Assembly (NCBI RefSeq): GCF_004010195.1
Contig: NC_057718.1
Location: 15,172,323 to 15,192,322 of the forward strand
DNA from: Chiloscyllium plagiosum
Lineage: Eukaryota
Reading direction: 5' to 3'
DNA: 20,000 bases
Both the position numbers and the translations under genes were made by a program. The number at the start of each line of letters is the position of its first letter. The stretch's first letter is position 1. Below are positions 10,107-20,000 of this stretch, in pieces. The notes below the pieces were generated by a model, which searched no databases, was not told where the DNA came from, and saw only the letters and a program-made list of their open reading frames with translations.

Positions 10107-10400
10107 AGAACAAAACAGAAGCAGAAGTCAGAGCAGGATCAAATCTTCTGGCTTGTTAAATCTGCTTCACCATTCACTAAGATCACAGCTGACCCCCTCT
10201 CTAAAATCCACACTCACCCATTCCAAATCCCTCGATTCCCTCACCCACTAAAATGTCAATCAATTTAATTCTTGAAAACCCTGAGTACAGCCCTTTTAGA
10301 TACAAAGATTCACAATCCTCTGAATGCAAGAATTTCTCAACCAAAATGGACACACCCTTATTCCACAGACAATGACCTCAAATGATCGACTCTCCATTAG
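10107..10400 (-). mobile_element. Degenerate CR1 3'-end remnant
   Basis: Resembles the reverse complement of 2130-2410 and 16640-16960 (CCATTCACTAAGATCACAGCTGA vs the 3' UTR ATCAGCCATGATC...TTGAATGG). Confidence 0.5.
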
Positions 10401-10567
10401 TTGGAGAGTCTCAATTTACAGGGTAGGATCTTTTTCTTTCATACATCATCTTTCTGCCATCTTTCACACCCATCTATCTTTCAAAGCACTTGGTCTTTGT
10501 CTATTTTATTGATGATGTGGAGATGCTGGTGTTGGACTGGGGTGGACAAAGTTAAAAATCACAAAAC

Positions 10568-10603
10568 GTTCCTGATGAAGAGCTTATGCTTGAAACGTCG
10601 ATG
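10568..10603 (+). ncRNA. Minimal hammerhead-like motif (family A; complete core)
   Basis: GUUC-CUGAUGA-A-GAGC-UUAU-GCUU-GAAA-CGUC/GAUG. Core boxes at 10572-10578 and 10592-10595; P1 is only about 2 bp. Confidence 0.68.
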
Positions 10604-11400
10604 CTTCTGCTCCTTGGATGCTGCCTGACCAGTTGTGCTTTTCCAGCAACACGCTCTTCGACTCTGATCTCCAGCATCTGCAGTCTTCACTTTCTTCAAG
10701 TTGATTATAATCTTACTGCAAAGCCTCCTCCAAGGATGCCTCCCTTGAAGTTGTCCTCTTCCTTCCTCAAAGGATCTCAGTGAGTCTCTGTCTTACTGTA
10801 CCCCCCCAGGTCATCTTCCCTGCCCTGAAACTGTTCTGCCACGTCCTGAAACAGACTTGCTACCACAGCCACATCTCCTTCCTCAGCATCTGCCTATGGA
10901 ACCGACTGATCCGGCATGGATGCCGGACTACATTCAGACCATCACAATTTGGATCTGAACAGAACAACCAGTACCTACAACAAATCCAAAGCCTCCTGAA
11001 ATGGTTCTCCTTCTGGATCCTCCGCTCCAGACTCGCAGCCATGCACTGCCACTTACTCTCCCTGTAGTCAGCCCTGTCCCAGCTCAGGGCCACACTCTCC
11101 CAGACCTGCAAAGGACCTCTGATGTTTCAACCTCAAAGTCAGGGAACCCTGTACCACCCGGTTCTATCTCCTACCCAAAATCCAAAACCTGACTGCCCCC
11201 AGTCGACCCATTGTCTCAGCCTGCTCCTGCCCTGCTGAACTTATCTCTGCATACCTTGACATCATCCTGTCCCCCTTAGTCCAGGAACCCCCCACCTATG
11301 TTCGGGACACCACCCACACCCTCCACTCTCCTCCATGACCTTCATTTCCCGGGTCCCCAACATCTTATCTTCGCCATGGTCATCCAGTCGCTAAGAGCTC

Positions 11401-11435
11401 ATTCCTGATGAAGAGCTTATGCTCAAAACATTGTT
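11401..11435 (+). ncRNA. Decayed hammerhead-like motif (family A; G12>A)
   Basis: AUUC-CUGAUGA-A-GAGC-UUAU-GCUC-AAAA-CAUU. Confidence 0.5.
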
Positions 11436-11524
11436 TCTCCTGATTTTTGGATGCTGCCTGAACAGCTGTGCTTTTCCAGCACCACCTTCAATACTAGGTT
11501 ATGGTCCAACAGGCTTATTTGGAA

Positions 11525-11562
11525 GTACAAGCTCTCGGAGCATTGCTCCTTTGCCAGGTAAC
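11525..11562 (-). ncRNA. Decayed hammerhead-like motif (family B)
   Basis: Minus strand: GUUAC-CUGGCAA-A-GGAGC-AAU-GCUCC-GAGA-GCUU/GUAC. Confidence 0.45.
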
Positions 11563-12205
11563 TAGTGGGGTAGGGTCATAGGACACAGAATTTATAGTAA
11601 TAGGTCAAAGTGTCATACAACTGATGCGATGTATTGAACAAACCTAGATTGCTGCAGTCTTTCATCACTGAGAATGGGGATGCAGGTTTCGATTGATTAA
11701 AATGTAAATCCCAGAACTTCTTTCAAGTCATCGTCCCGAGATAACTTAAAGCTTGATTTAAAAAAAAGTGACATCTCAACTCAGACAATGCATTAAAGTT
11801 GTGAAGTTAGAGTCTGTCTGTATCCCAGCCTTGAGTCAGACTGGTTCTATTTCCAAAGTAAGAATTTATAAAATGTCACATGGACTGCCTACACATTGTG
11901 TGCTTTTTGAACAAAATAGAATGTATCTGCAAATGCAAATTAACCCCATAGGCTTATATGCGTGCGTACTTGAGGGAGTGTGTACATGAGAGGGAAAGTG
12001 TGTGTGTATACACATACTTGATAGTGTGCGCACAAACATGATAGAGTATAAACTTGATTCTGTGTCGATATGCATGATCTTCTTGGAGACCCTCTCCAGT
12101 TTGAGCCGGCAGTTGGTGGTGTCAATGGTATTCCTGATGTGGAGGTGCCAGTGTTAGACTGGGTGGACAAAGTTAAAAACCACACACCACCGGGTTTATT
12201 TGGAA

Positions 12206-12243
12206 GTACAAGCGTTCGGAACGCTGCTCCTTCATCAGGTAAC
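12206..12243 (-). ncRNA. Minimal hammerhead-like motif (family B; A15.1>C)
   Basis: Minus strand: GUUAC-CUGAUGA-A-GGAGC-AGC-GUUCC-GAAC-GCUU/GUAC. Confidence 0.58.
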
Positions 12244-12425
12244 TAGTGGGGCAAGATCGTAGGACAGAATTTAAAGTGAAAAACCAAAGTGTCATACAAC
12301 GGATGCAATGTATTGAACAAACCTAGATTGCTGTTAAGTCTTTCATCAGTTAGAATAGAGTTGCAGGTTTCAATTGATTAATATGTAAATCCCAGAACTT
12401 CTAGCTGTATGACCCTGTCCCACTA

Positions 12426-12463
12426 GTTACCTGACAAAGGAGCAGCAGTCCAAAAGCTTGTAC
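12426..12463 (+). ncRNA. Decayed hammerhead-like motif (family B, inverted copy)
   Basis: GUUAC-CUGACAA-A-GGAGC-AGC-AGUCC-AAAA-GCUU/GUAC. Confidence 0.45.
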
Positions 12464-12925
12464 TTTCAAATAAACCTGTTGAACTGTAACCAGCTGCTGT
12501 GTTACTTTATTGATCATGCTCTGGTCCCTGTATCTTGAACATTCCAGTTGTTCCTGGTTCAAAATATGCTATGTCAGTAGAACCTAACTATTGGAAAATA
12601 CTTCTTCACACTATCTTCTGTTCCAACTTTAATCTACTTAAACACTTGGAGTGGATTATCCCAAAAGATACATTTTGAAGGAGGAAGTGCGCTCATTTAA
12701 CCCAGATACATCAACGCTGACAGACCATCAATCTTGCAAGACATCTATGTCCACGCCCTCCATTTAGCAAAGGGAATATTTTATGCTACACCAGTTTCTG
12801 ATCGGGGGTAGGAGATAATACAAGGATTGATCAAGACAGGAATTGGAGATGCAGTCAACGTGCATCAACTCATTTGAAAATTTATCTTCAATCAGTTGCA
12901 AGCATCAAGTTGTTCATCAAGTGTG

Positions 12926-13360
12926 TTAGCCATTGCTCAGTTGACAGCACTCCCACCTCAGTCATGAGGTTCCTGGTTCAAGACACACTTCAGGACTTGA
13001 TCATAAAAATCCAAGTTAATACTTCCTGCACAGGACTTCAGAAGTGCTCAGCTGCTAGGGGCTGCCATTTTGGATGAGATGTTAAACCAAGGCTCCAATA
13101 CCCAGCTTGGTAAGTGTAAAAGATCCCACGGCAATATTTTGAAGAGCAGGGGAACTAACCCCGTCAATATTTATTCTCCAATCAACATCACAAAAACAGA
13201 TGTCGTAGTGATCATTACATTGCTGTTTACGGGAGTTTACTGAATACAAATTAACTCAAACTTTACAACAGCGACCATAATGCAAAATGCACCACCACTG
13301 GCTGAGAAATGTTTTGAGATACCTGGTGTTTGCACAAAGTGCTCCAAAAATGCAATTTTT
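12926..13360 (+). mobile_element. DeuSINE (SacSINE1/AmnSINE1-like) with tRNA head and L2-like tail
   Basis: TTGCTCAGTTG (A-box-like) and GGTTCAAGAC (B-box-like); Deu-domain-like GGATGAGATGTTAAACCAAGG...GTAAAAGATCCCACGGCA..ATTTTGAAGAGCAGGGG; tail ...AAAGTGCTCCAAAAATGCAA. Confidence 0.78.
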
Positions 13361-13824
13361 TTTTAAAGATTATACATTCCCTCTAGAACGGGTTTATCAC
13401 TCAACTTAAACCTTCTAATTCTGAAAATATTTTTAAATGTAAGCCAAAAATGCGTCAGTTTGTTGCCTGTGGAGTACCGTGGTATTTCTAACTTAATTTC
13501 TGGGAAGGTGGGGTTGGGGGGGGATGCGGGTAGGGTGGAAGGGGGGCAGTGGAGCAGTTGGAGTGGTGAAGGGGAATAAAAACAATCGAAATAACCTCAA
13601 CCTGCTTAACAAGATATGCTAGAGAGCAGATGGGTTTTACTGTTTCACTTCCACAATTATTTGAACTGCCATATCCACTCAAAAGGTAAGAGCAAGCACT
13701 GTCAATTGTATTCCATTCCACTCACATGAAGCAGCAGCTGTGGCAGCAAACTCAAGCATTTGTGTAGATAACACTCATCATACTTAAAACTTCATTGCAT
13801 CAACTATGACAAGGATATAATGGT

Positions 13825-14060
13825 ATTATTCACTCATGGGATGTGGGTAACGCTGACTTGTCCAGCATTTACTGTCTATCCCTAGTTTCCCTCCTTGAAG
13901 TGGTGGTGAGCTGCCTTCTTGAACCACTGCAGTTCATATGCCGTGGTAGCCCTACAATGCTATTAGAAAAGGAATTCCAAGATTTTGATCCAGTAATACT
14001 GAAGGAATTGCGATATATTTCCAAATCCAGATCGTAGTGTTCCCACATATTTTCCCATAT
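13825..14060 (-). mobile_element. CR1-type LINE 3' end
   Basis: Minus strand encodes SWNSFSNSIVGLPRHMNCSGSR / FKKAAHHHF, followed by a 3' UTR ...TAAATGCTGG...CCCACATCCCATGAGTGAATAA. Confidence 0.7.
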
Positions 14061-14174
14061 CTATCTATCCCACATTAAATGTTTGATTGATCCGTTGGCT
14101 GAAGACTACTGTAGTTCAGAATCCAGCTTTAAATCTGAAAAGCTCTAAAATGACTAACTGAATTTGTACAGCAT

Positions 14175-14400
14175 CTCTACCATTGTAACGTGTCATGGGA
14201 GGGTCATCAGATTAAAACTGAGACTGGGATCAAACATGTGGTTGAAGAGGTTGACATTAACCATGGAGAAAAATGCAGAGTGTGGTTCTGGGAAACAATT
14301 CCAGGGCTTGGACTCCAGATAGCTGAAGACCTGGGTGGCAATATTAGGGAGACCTTGTGTTGCAGTGATAACGTCTCTATCTCTGGACCAGAAGTTCAAG
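14175..14400 (-). mobile_element. Possible L2 3'-end remnant
   Basis: ORF 14193-14399 contains VFSYLESKPWNCFPEP...LFNHMF, resembling the L2 motif AFS..GP.LWN.LP...LF..AF. Confidence 0.4.
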
Positions 14401-14619
14401 CCCGACCAACTGTGTCATTACATACCTGAGCACATTAAGTTAAAAATTATCTGAGGTGTGAACAAGCAAACTCCCAGAACCTTTAGCTCCCCATCCTGCA
14501 ATTCAACGGACATGATAATTCCATTTTACAGATACCCCATGATAGAAGCATCAAGACTAAGCTGCACACGTCAGGCAAGATATGGCCTTCAGACACAGTG
14601 CTGAGGTGATTTACCAGAG

Positions 14620-14998
14620 AATGTGGGTGTCAATGGTAAAGGCAACATGTGTTGCTCAGCCCTAATTACACCTGAACAGAATGGCTGCTGGGCCATTTCA
14701 TGGAGCAGTTCACAGTCAAGCACATTGCTGTAGCTGTGTAGTGACATGCAGGATAGACCAGGTAAGTTTGGCAGATTTCTTTCCTGAAAGTACAATTAGT
14801 GAACTAGATGGGTTTTTTTATGAGAACCAAGTGATGGTTGTCATGGTCAGTGTCACTGTGAGTCACTCCAGATATATTCTGAATGAATTAATTCAATTTA
14901 AATTCTGTCAGCTGCCATAGTATAACATGAACCCACATACCCAGAGCATCACTCTGGGTCCCTCATTACTCAGGACCATTACCACTAAACCACCACCT
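14620..14998 (-). mobile_element. Degenerate tRNA-headed SINE with a tail similar to the LINE end at 13825-13900
   Basis: Minus strand: head GGTGGTTTAGTGGTAATG...GGGTTCATG; core AAACCCATCTAGTTCACTAAT...GGAAAGAAATCTGCC; tail AATTAGGG...ACCCACATTC. Confidence 0.6.
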
Positions 14999-15104
14999 GC
15001 CCAGTCTTAATCATGGGGACAACTTCCCTTTATTTACTTGATCAAAACCTTTCACCGTTTTTGGTACGGCAGGTATGTGGAACTTCAGTGTGCCTTCAGC
15101 ATGG

Positions 15105-15205
15105 CAAGGGAAGCTGGGATTGTTTTCCTTAGTGCAGAGTTGAAGAGGAGAATCAATGGAGGTCTTCAAAACTATGAAGGGTATCAAACAAATTAATAAG
15201 GAGCA
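15105..15205 (+). mobile_element. Short CR1 ORF2 fragment
   Basis: KLGLFSLVQ / LKRRI / MEVFKTMKG, matching the CR1 motif LGLFSLE.RRLRGDLIEVFKIMKG. Confidence 0.55.
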
Positions 15206-16639
15206 GAAAATTGAACTGGACAGCTGACTTACCCCTCAGTCCAATCAAAAGAAAGGTTGACAGTCAAACCAACAAGCCAAAAACAAGCCAACTTCAGCCA
15301 TAAAGCACTGTGGGTGGTTGAAATTTTGGGATAATGGGACTGCCCTCCTCTGGGGATTGGTTGGCAGTTCTAGAGATATATAATAGGTGCTGCCAGTACT
15401 GTAGGAAGACCCCATGAATTTCAGAGTGCAAAGTCTTTGCAGGGAAGGGTTTGGGGTTGGAGGGGAGGGAGGATTCTTTGGCACCACTCTGGGGGGTTTT
15501 ACATTGTCAGCAAATAAGGAAGAAGGAGTGGAATAACTTACTTGGGAATAAGAACTGCACTCTCACTGGCCCACTGATAACAGTATTATAGCATGTACAG
15601 GACAATAATAGGGTCAACTGAGTCTTTGACAAGCTCACTTCAAAAGCCCAACTGACCCTGAATTATTAATCTACATATGGTGAACAATCAGGCTGATTTC
15701 AGCACCTGCTCACCCCCTGTACTAATGGGGAGATGAGTTTGGGTGTTAGCAAGAGGGTGGGAGACAAACCCCACAAGCCTATATTACATGTTAACAACCC
15801 CTCCCCCTCCCATTGCATCGTACCATCGTTCCATTACAGTAGGAGCAGGTAAGATTGGATAGCTCAGCTAAAGAGGTAGCTGAGATACAACGGGCGCAAC
15901 CGTTTCCTGCGGTGCTGAAAGTTCCCTGCAGCTATGTACAGGACTGGATAACAGGAGGAAAGTACACATTTGCACATGAAAATCATCCACAAGGCAGTTA
16001 CAAAGTTTGCCAGACTACATTAATGTGCTGAAATTAAGCTCTGTGCAGATTGATCCCCAGTCATCACTGCAATTCAGTCTCATTTCCCCAGCGAATGAAC
16101 ATCTGCTGCTGTAACCTTAAATGCATGACAATAAAGTGCTTGCATACAGGCAGTAAAAGGCAGCTTCTGACTGTGTATGTCTCATTCCAGGGCTGGGATT
16201 GTCACTCAACAAGTTACTTTACTTTTCACAGAACAAATAAATGGATTTCTCGAGCTTAATCAATTCCAAATCCCCACGATACTGCTGCAAAAGATAATTC
16301 ATATCTCAACTTTGGGGAAACATTATTTTGGATGTTGTCTGCTGCTTCCTCCATATGTTTGCAGTAATAAAGCACAAACTGCTAAATGCATTGCAAAAAT
16401 CCCATCAATAAACTGTCTACTTCTATTCCTGCCCAAGCAAAACAAGAGCAACAGGCTGCTTTCAAAGGCAAAGGCAGAATTCTTTGAAAAAGCACAAATT
16501 AGGAATCTAATCATAAAGTCTCCGCACATTTTCTTCATATCTCTTCAATAACCAAAAATCAATGCATCACATTTTGTATCCAGCATCCCCTCCAAGTTCC
16601 TCAAATTTGACCAGAATGGCTCACAGTGATACACTATCA

Positions 16640-16960
16640 TAATAAATAGGAATCCAATTAGACCACTTGGCCCATCGAGCCTGTTCCAAACTTCACTAAG
16701 ATGGAGGAACTGATTGTAGCCTTAACTCCACTTTCCTACCTATCCCCTGTAATCCTTGGCTCATCAATCATTCAAGAATCTGTTTAGCACAGTCCTGAAC
16801 ATTTTAAACAACTCAGCCTTGTAGGATTCTCTGGGGTAAAGCGTTCAAAAGGTCAAGAGAAGAAATGCATCATTTCAATGTTAAATGGGAGACCATTTAT
16901 TCTGAAACTGTCTTCCCAAGTTCTAGATTCCCTTCTGAGGGGAAACAAATTTTCAACTTC
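16640..16960 (-). mobile_element. CR1 3'-end remnant
   Basis: Minus-strand 3' UTR ACAGGCTCGATGGGCCAAGTGGTCT...TTCCTATTT is similar to 2365-2410; upstream is degenerate ORF2 C-terminal sequence. Confidence 0.65.
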
Positions 16961-17147
16961 TTTCTCAATAAGATGGACTCTCATTCCAATATGTATCACC
17001 CAAACAGAACAGACTCCTAATATTTTTAGCTAAAATTGACAACGTCCTTTTTCCCCCCAAAAAATCTTCTTTCAAGGAAATGAACAAACTGTCTGTGGAA
17101 AAGAGACTGAATCGCTTCAACCTGAGGCTCATTAAGTTGCATTAAAT

Positions 17148-17345
17148 TCTCCAAGGACTTGAGCCCAAAGTCCAGGTAAACATTCTAGTGCAATGCTGAG
17201 GGAGTGCTGAACTGTCAGAGATACTATGTTTACAATGAGAGGTCTCACCATCCTCTGGAAGTGAACAGGCAATAGCCCACTGCACAAGGTGAAGGGAGGG
17301 ACAGTTCTCCCTGATGTACAGGCCAGTATTTAGCCCACAACAGGC
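17148..17345 (+). mobile_element. Highly degenerate DeuSINE fragment
   Basis: GGACTTGAGCCCAAAGTCCAGG...GAGGGAGTGCTGAACTGTCAGAG...GTTCTCCCTGATGTACAGGCCAGTATTTA is colinear with 12990-13185. Confidence 0.55.
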
Positions 17346-17526
17346 ACCCTTTTATTCTATCTACATTAACAATTCAGGCCTTAGAAACTCAGGCTGTGCT
17401 TAAATTGGTCAATTCCTTTTAGTGATGCAAGTTGGAGTGAGCTATTCTTTGGTCTGGTGATGGATAAATCTGAGAAGTCCAGATACCAAGGTCAAAAACG
17501 TGAGCCATGCATATAGTAATAGGAAC

Positions 17527-17853
17527 ATCAATGAATCATAGAATACTGACAGTATGGAAGCAGACCCATCTAATCCACACTGACCGTGAAAGAGCATCCC
17601 AATTAGATTCACGCCTCCACCCCACCCTCGTAACCCTGCATTTTTCATTGCTAAGCCACCTCGACTGCACACCCCTGGATACAATAGGCAATCTAGCGTG
17701 GCCAATCCACCTAAACTGAGCACTTGGAGGAAACCCACACAGACATGGGGAGAATGAGCAAACTCCACACACACACACTCACCAGAGGGTAGAACCAAAC
17801 CCAGCTCCCTGGCACTGTAAGGCAGCAGTGCTAACCAATCAGCCACTGCACCG
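17527..17853 (-). mobile_element. Second V-SINE (HE1-like), more diverged
   Basis: Homologous to 1038-1386: TGGCTGATTGGTTAGCACTGCTGCC head, GTGTGGAGTTTGCTCATTCTCCCCATGTCTGTGTGGGTTTCCTCC V-domain (internally deleted) and an ATTCTATGATTC tail. Confidence 0.88.
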
Positions 17854-18603
17854 CTGAAGTGTTGACTTCAATCTGTGCAGCGCCTGAGGCTTCATGATAA
17901 AAGGTGAATAAAGGAACTTGCACATTGCTCCTTTTACAACACAGGAATGTCTTAAATTGCGAAATAGAGTTAAAATGTAGTCATTGGTATATCTATGCAG
18001 CCCATAAGACCAAAGACTTGGAAACCAGTGAATCTCAGACACATTATTAAACATCGGCTTTATCAAGTAAACCAACAATAAATTTAATAAAACATAATAA
18101 ATTAAAGTTTTAGAGGAAAGGTTTCTTTTATTGAAGTTCCTCCTCTCAACATGATTTGACATTAAAAAGGAACAAAATAGATTTACATATTTCTATGTTT
18201 GACAAACCAATTCCATCTGCAAAAATAGTTTTGGTGTTAGATTTTCTGTGGGAGAAATGCAGGTTTTTCCAAGACACTCAAGAAAAACTCCGCTGGGCAG
18301 ACTCATGAAGAAATGGGGAGAAGAAGAAAATTACACTTCAAAACATTTCTTATTAAAATTATAAATCACTGCCTGGTCTGAAAACATAGGGTCAGCAATG
18401 ACACTATGCTAGAGGCACCCTCATTCCAAGTCAGTTCATTCAAATGATATGACAATTCAATTTTCTTTTTGCACACGATCTGTAATTATCATGTTTTAAT
18501 TCAAATTATTTGATTCAAATGAGTATGCTCAAAAAAAAAGCTAACAAGTGAATTTTCAGGCATGGGCACTATTCAGTCCAGCATGGCGGCTTTAATGTTG
18601 CAA

Positions 18604-18842
18604 GTTGTTTGTGTTGTGTCGCCATTGTCTGACTAGAACTTAGGGGACTGCTTTCTCATTAGAGAGAGAAGCAACTGGTGGTGATTTAACCCGAGGGCTA
18701 CCAGACCTCAGGCGAGGGAAGAGGTTGAGAAGGAGAGTCCTTCATGGTAACCTCAAACCAGTGATGGGAATTGAACCCACACCGTTGGCATCACACTGCT
18801 GTGTAAACCAACCCTCCAGCCAAATGAGCTAAACCGATTCCC
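18604..18842 (-). mobile_element. Full-length tRNA-derived SINE with a 10-bp TSD and an AC-rich tail
   Basis: TSD AATGTTGCAA at 18594-18603 and 18843-18852. Minus strand: A box TAGCTCATTTGG, B box GGTTCAATTCC, tail GGCGACACAACACAAACAAC. Confidence 0.85.
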
Positions 18843-19154
18843 AATGTTGCAACTACCTTGGAGACAAATGGCCCAAATTCGGTCTCAGTCTCTGGTCATA
18901 TTTTTCTTCGGTTGTGGGGCAAGTTACTGACACAGGAGATGGAAGGGCATCATGTTCCCAGTCACACAGCATTAAATACACTTGCATTTTCCTTCTCAAA
19001 AATCACTGGATAATTCAGGTAACTGAACAAGATCTGAACAGAGAACAAGCACTCCATTGAAACATAGATTTGACTGAAGATTTATTCGCTAACTACCTCC
19101 TCCCACTCAAAAGAAGTTTAATCCCTCATCCTGACGGCATTCATCAACCAGAGT

Positions 19155-19197
19155 CAGATGCTGCCAAACCTGTTGAGTATTTCCAGTAGTTAGTTTG
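19155..19197 (+). mobile_element. Possible short Penelope pLTR remnant
   Basis: GATGCTGCCAAACCTGTTGAGTATTTCCAG resembles GATGCTGCCTGACCAGTTGTGCTTTTCCAG at 10617-10646. Confidence 0.4.
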
Positions 19198-19380
19198 AAA
19201 TAAAAACAAATCAGTTGACTTGCACCCAATCACATGCCAGCCCCAAATCCAGACCTCATTGTGGCTGGATTCAACTCTTGCTCCAATTCTGTATTTTCAC
19301 CCACTCTAAACCACGCTCAATCCAGATTTATTTAGTGAAAACAGTCAGACAGAAAATTTGAATTACATCAAGAAAGCATC

Positions 19381-20000
19381 TTTTTTTTATAGATATTTTT
19401 ATTAGAATTTTAACATTTTTACAAATTTACAAAAATAAACAAAACTCTCAAGTACAAACATTGATATACAATTAAATCTTATATATATGATCACCAAAAT
19501 TTAACAAAAGAAAAATACCAAGAAAGAAAAAAAACAAAACTCAACTAACTACTAATCTAACCTACAACTAACTAGAGTGTATATTTAAGTCTCTTACATT
19601 ATTCAAATAAGAGAAAGAGAAAAAAAAAACAACGGATAACATAGAAATTGGGTAGTGAGATACATGCTTGGAACGTGCTAACATCAAATGTAATAAAACC
19701 CGTATTCGTGCGGGATACCTCTCCCAAGGGGCCCCAGACCAGCCAGGTTCGTAATCTCAATTAAATAAAAGCCCTTGTTAGGATAACCGAAATATCTGTA
19801 TTCATATAATTCAAGAAGGGCTGCTATTTTTTATAAAATAATTCAGTCTTTTGGTGCACCATATTTGTAAGGAAGTCAAGGGGAATACATTCCATAATTA
19901 ATCTGTGCCAATTTGGAAGTCCAGAAGGGCCCTCAGCCACCCAGTTCACCAAAATATTTTTCCTTGCACAGAAAGAGAGAATAGAAAATAGTCTCTTCCC
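19381..20000 (-). mobile_element. L1-clade LINE 3' end (ORF2 C-terminus, T-rich 3' UTR, poly(A)); continues beyond the window
   Basis: Minus frame 20000-19761: GKRLFSILSFCARKNILVNWVAEGPSGLPNWHRLIMECIPLDFLTNMVHQKTELFYKK*QPFLNYM...RAFI*. AATAAA at 19398-19403 and A8 at 19381-19388. Confidence 0.8.

Larger units (their letters stand above)
10568..11490 (+). mobile_element. Penelope-like element family A nested in family B: pLTR, internally deleted ORF, second pLTR; no GIY-YIG endonuclease seen
   Basis: pLTR copies at ~10568-10700 and ~11397-11488. ORF from ATG 10736 with HSHISFLSICL..RLIRHG, then RT motifs RFYLLPKI, RPIVSACSCP, TYVRDT, FAMVIQSL (11150-11393). The flanks AATCACAAAAC and ACTAGGTTATGG rejoin as family B sequence. 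Confidence 0.88.
10510..12501 (-). mobile_element. Penelope-like element family B: partial tandem (10510-10566 + 11493-12054; 12055-12402) with an inverted pLTR piece at 12408-12501
   Basis: Direct repeat TGATGTGGAG.TGC..GTGTT.GACTGGG...AAATCCCAGAACTTCT at 10510-11721 (minus the nested insert) and 12135-12402. 12055-12130 minus encodes IDTTNCRLKLERVSKKIMHIDTE, a PLE-like ORF N-terminus. 12408-12501 is an inverted copy of 11493-11580. Confidence 0.75.

Noticed and set aside
15310..15860. Possible MITE or non-autonomous DNA element
   Set aside because: No convincing terminal inverted repeats or TSD found by eye.
17442..17846. 134-aa minus-strand ORF (and the 63-aa ORF at 1166-1357)
   Set aside because: These are incidental translations of V-SINE sequence.

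Overview
Eukaryotic, repeat-dense non-coding DNA. The SINE, CR1 and Penelope families resemble those I know from cartilaginous fishes (sharks); the taxon is an inference. I see no intact host protein-coding gene. The left third (~775-6478, +) is a near full-length decayed CR1-clade LINE: ORF1 has a zinc-finger/coiled-coil plus SGNH esterase, and ORF2 has an APE endonuclease plus RT. It carries three nested insertions: a V-SINE, a 5'-truncated second CR1 (itself interrupted by a Penelope fragment and an NN gap), and a 449-bp Penelope-like partial tandem with an 8-bp TSD. A Penelope-in-Penelope nest from two families spans 10510-12501. The rest is SINEs, CR1/L2 remnants, a probable solo LTR and the 3' end of an L1-clade element. 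The most interesting signals are: (i) seven minimal hammerhead-ribozyme-like motifs in two Penelope families with covarying helices, including a pair exactly 320 nt apart; (ii) a U_UUA_AAC slippery heptamer fused to a UAAUG stop-start overlap at the CR1 ORF1/ORF2 junction; (iii) a 22-bp palindrome in the CR1 leader. Family names come from motif recognition, not database searches. PLE-associated hammerheads are a known class, so I cannot claim a wholly new system.
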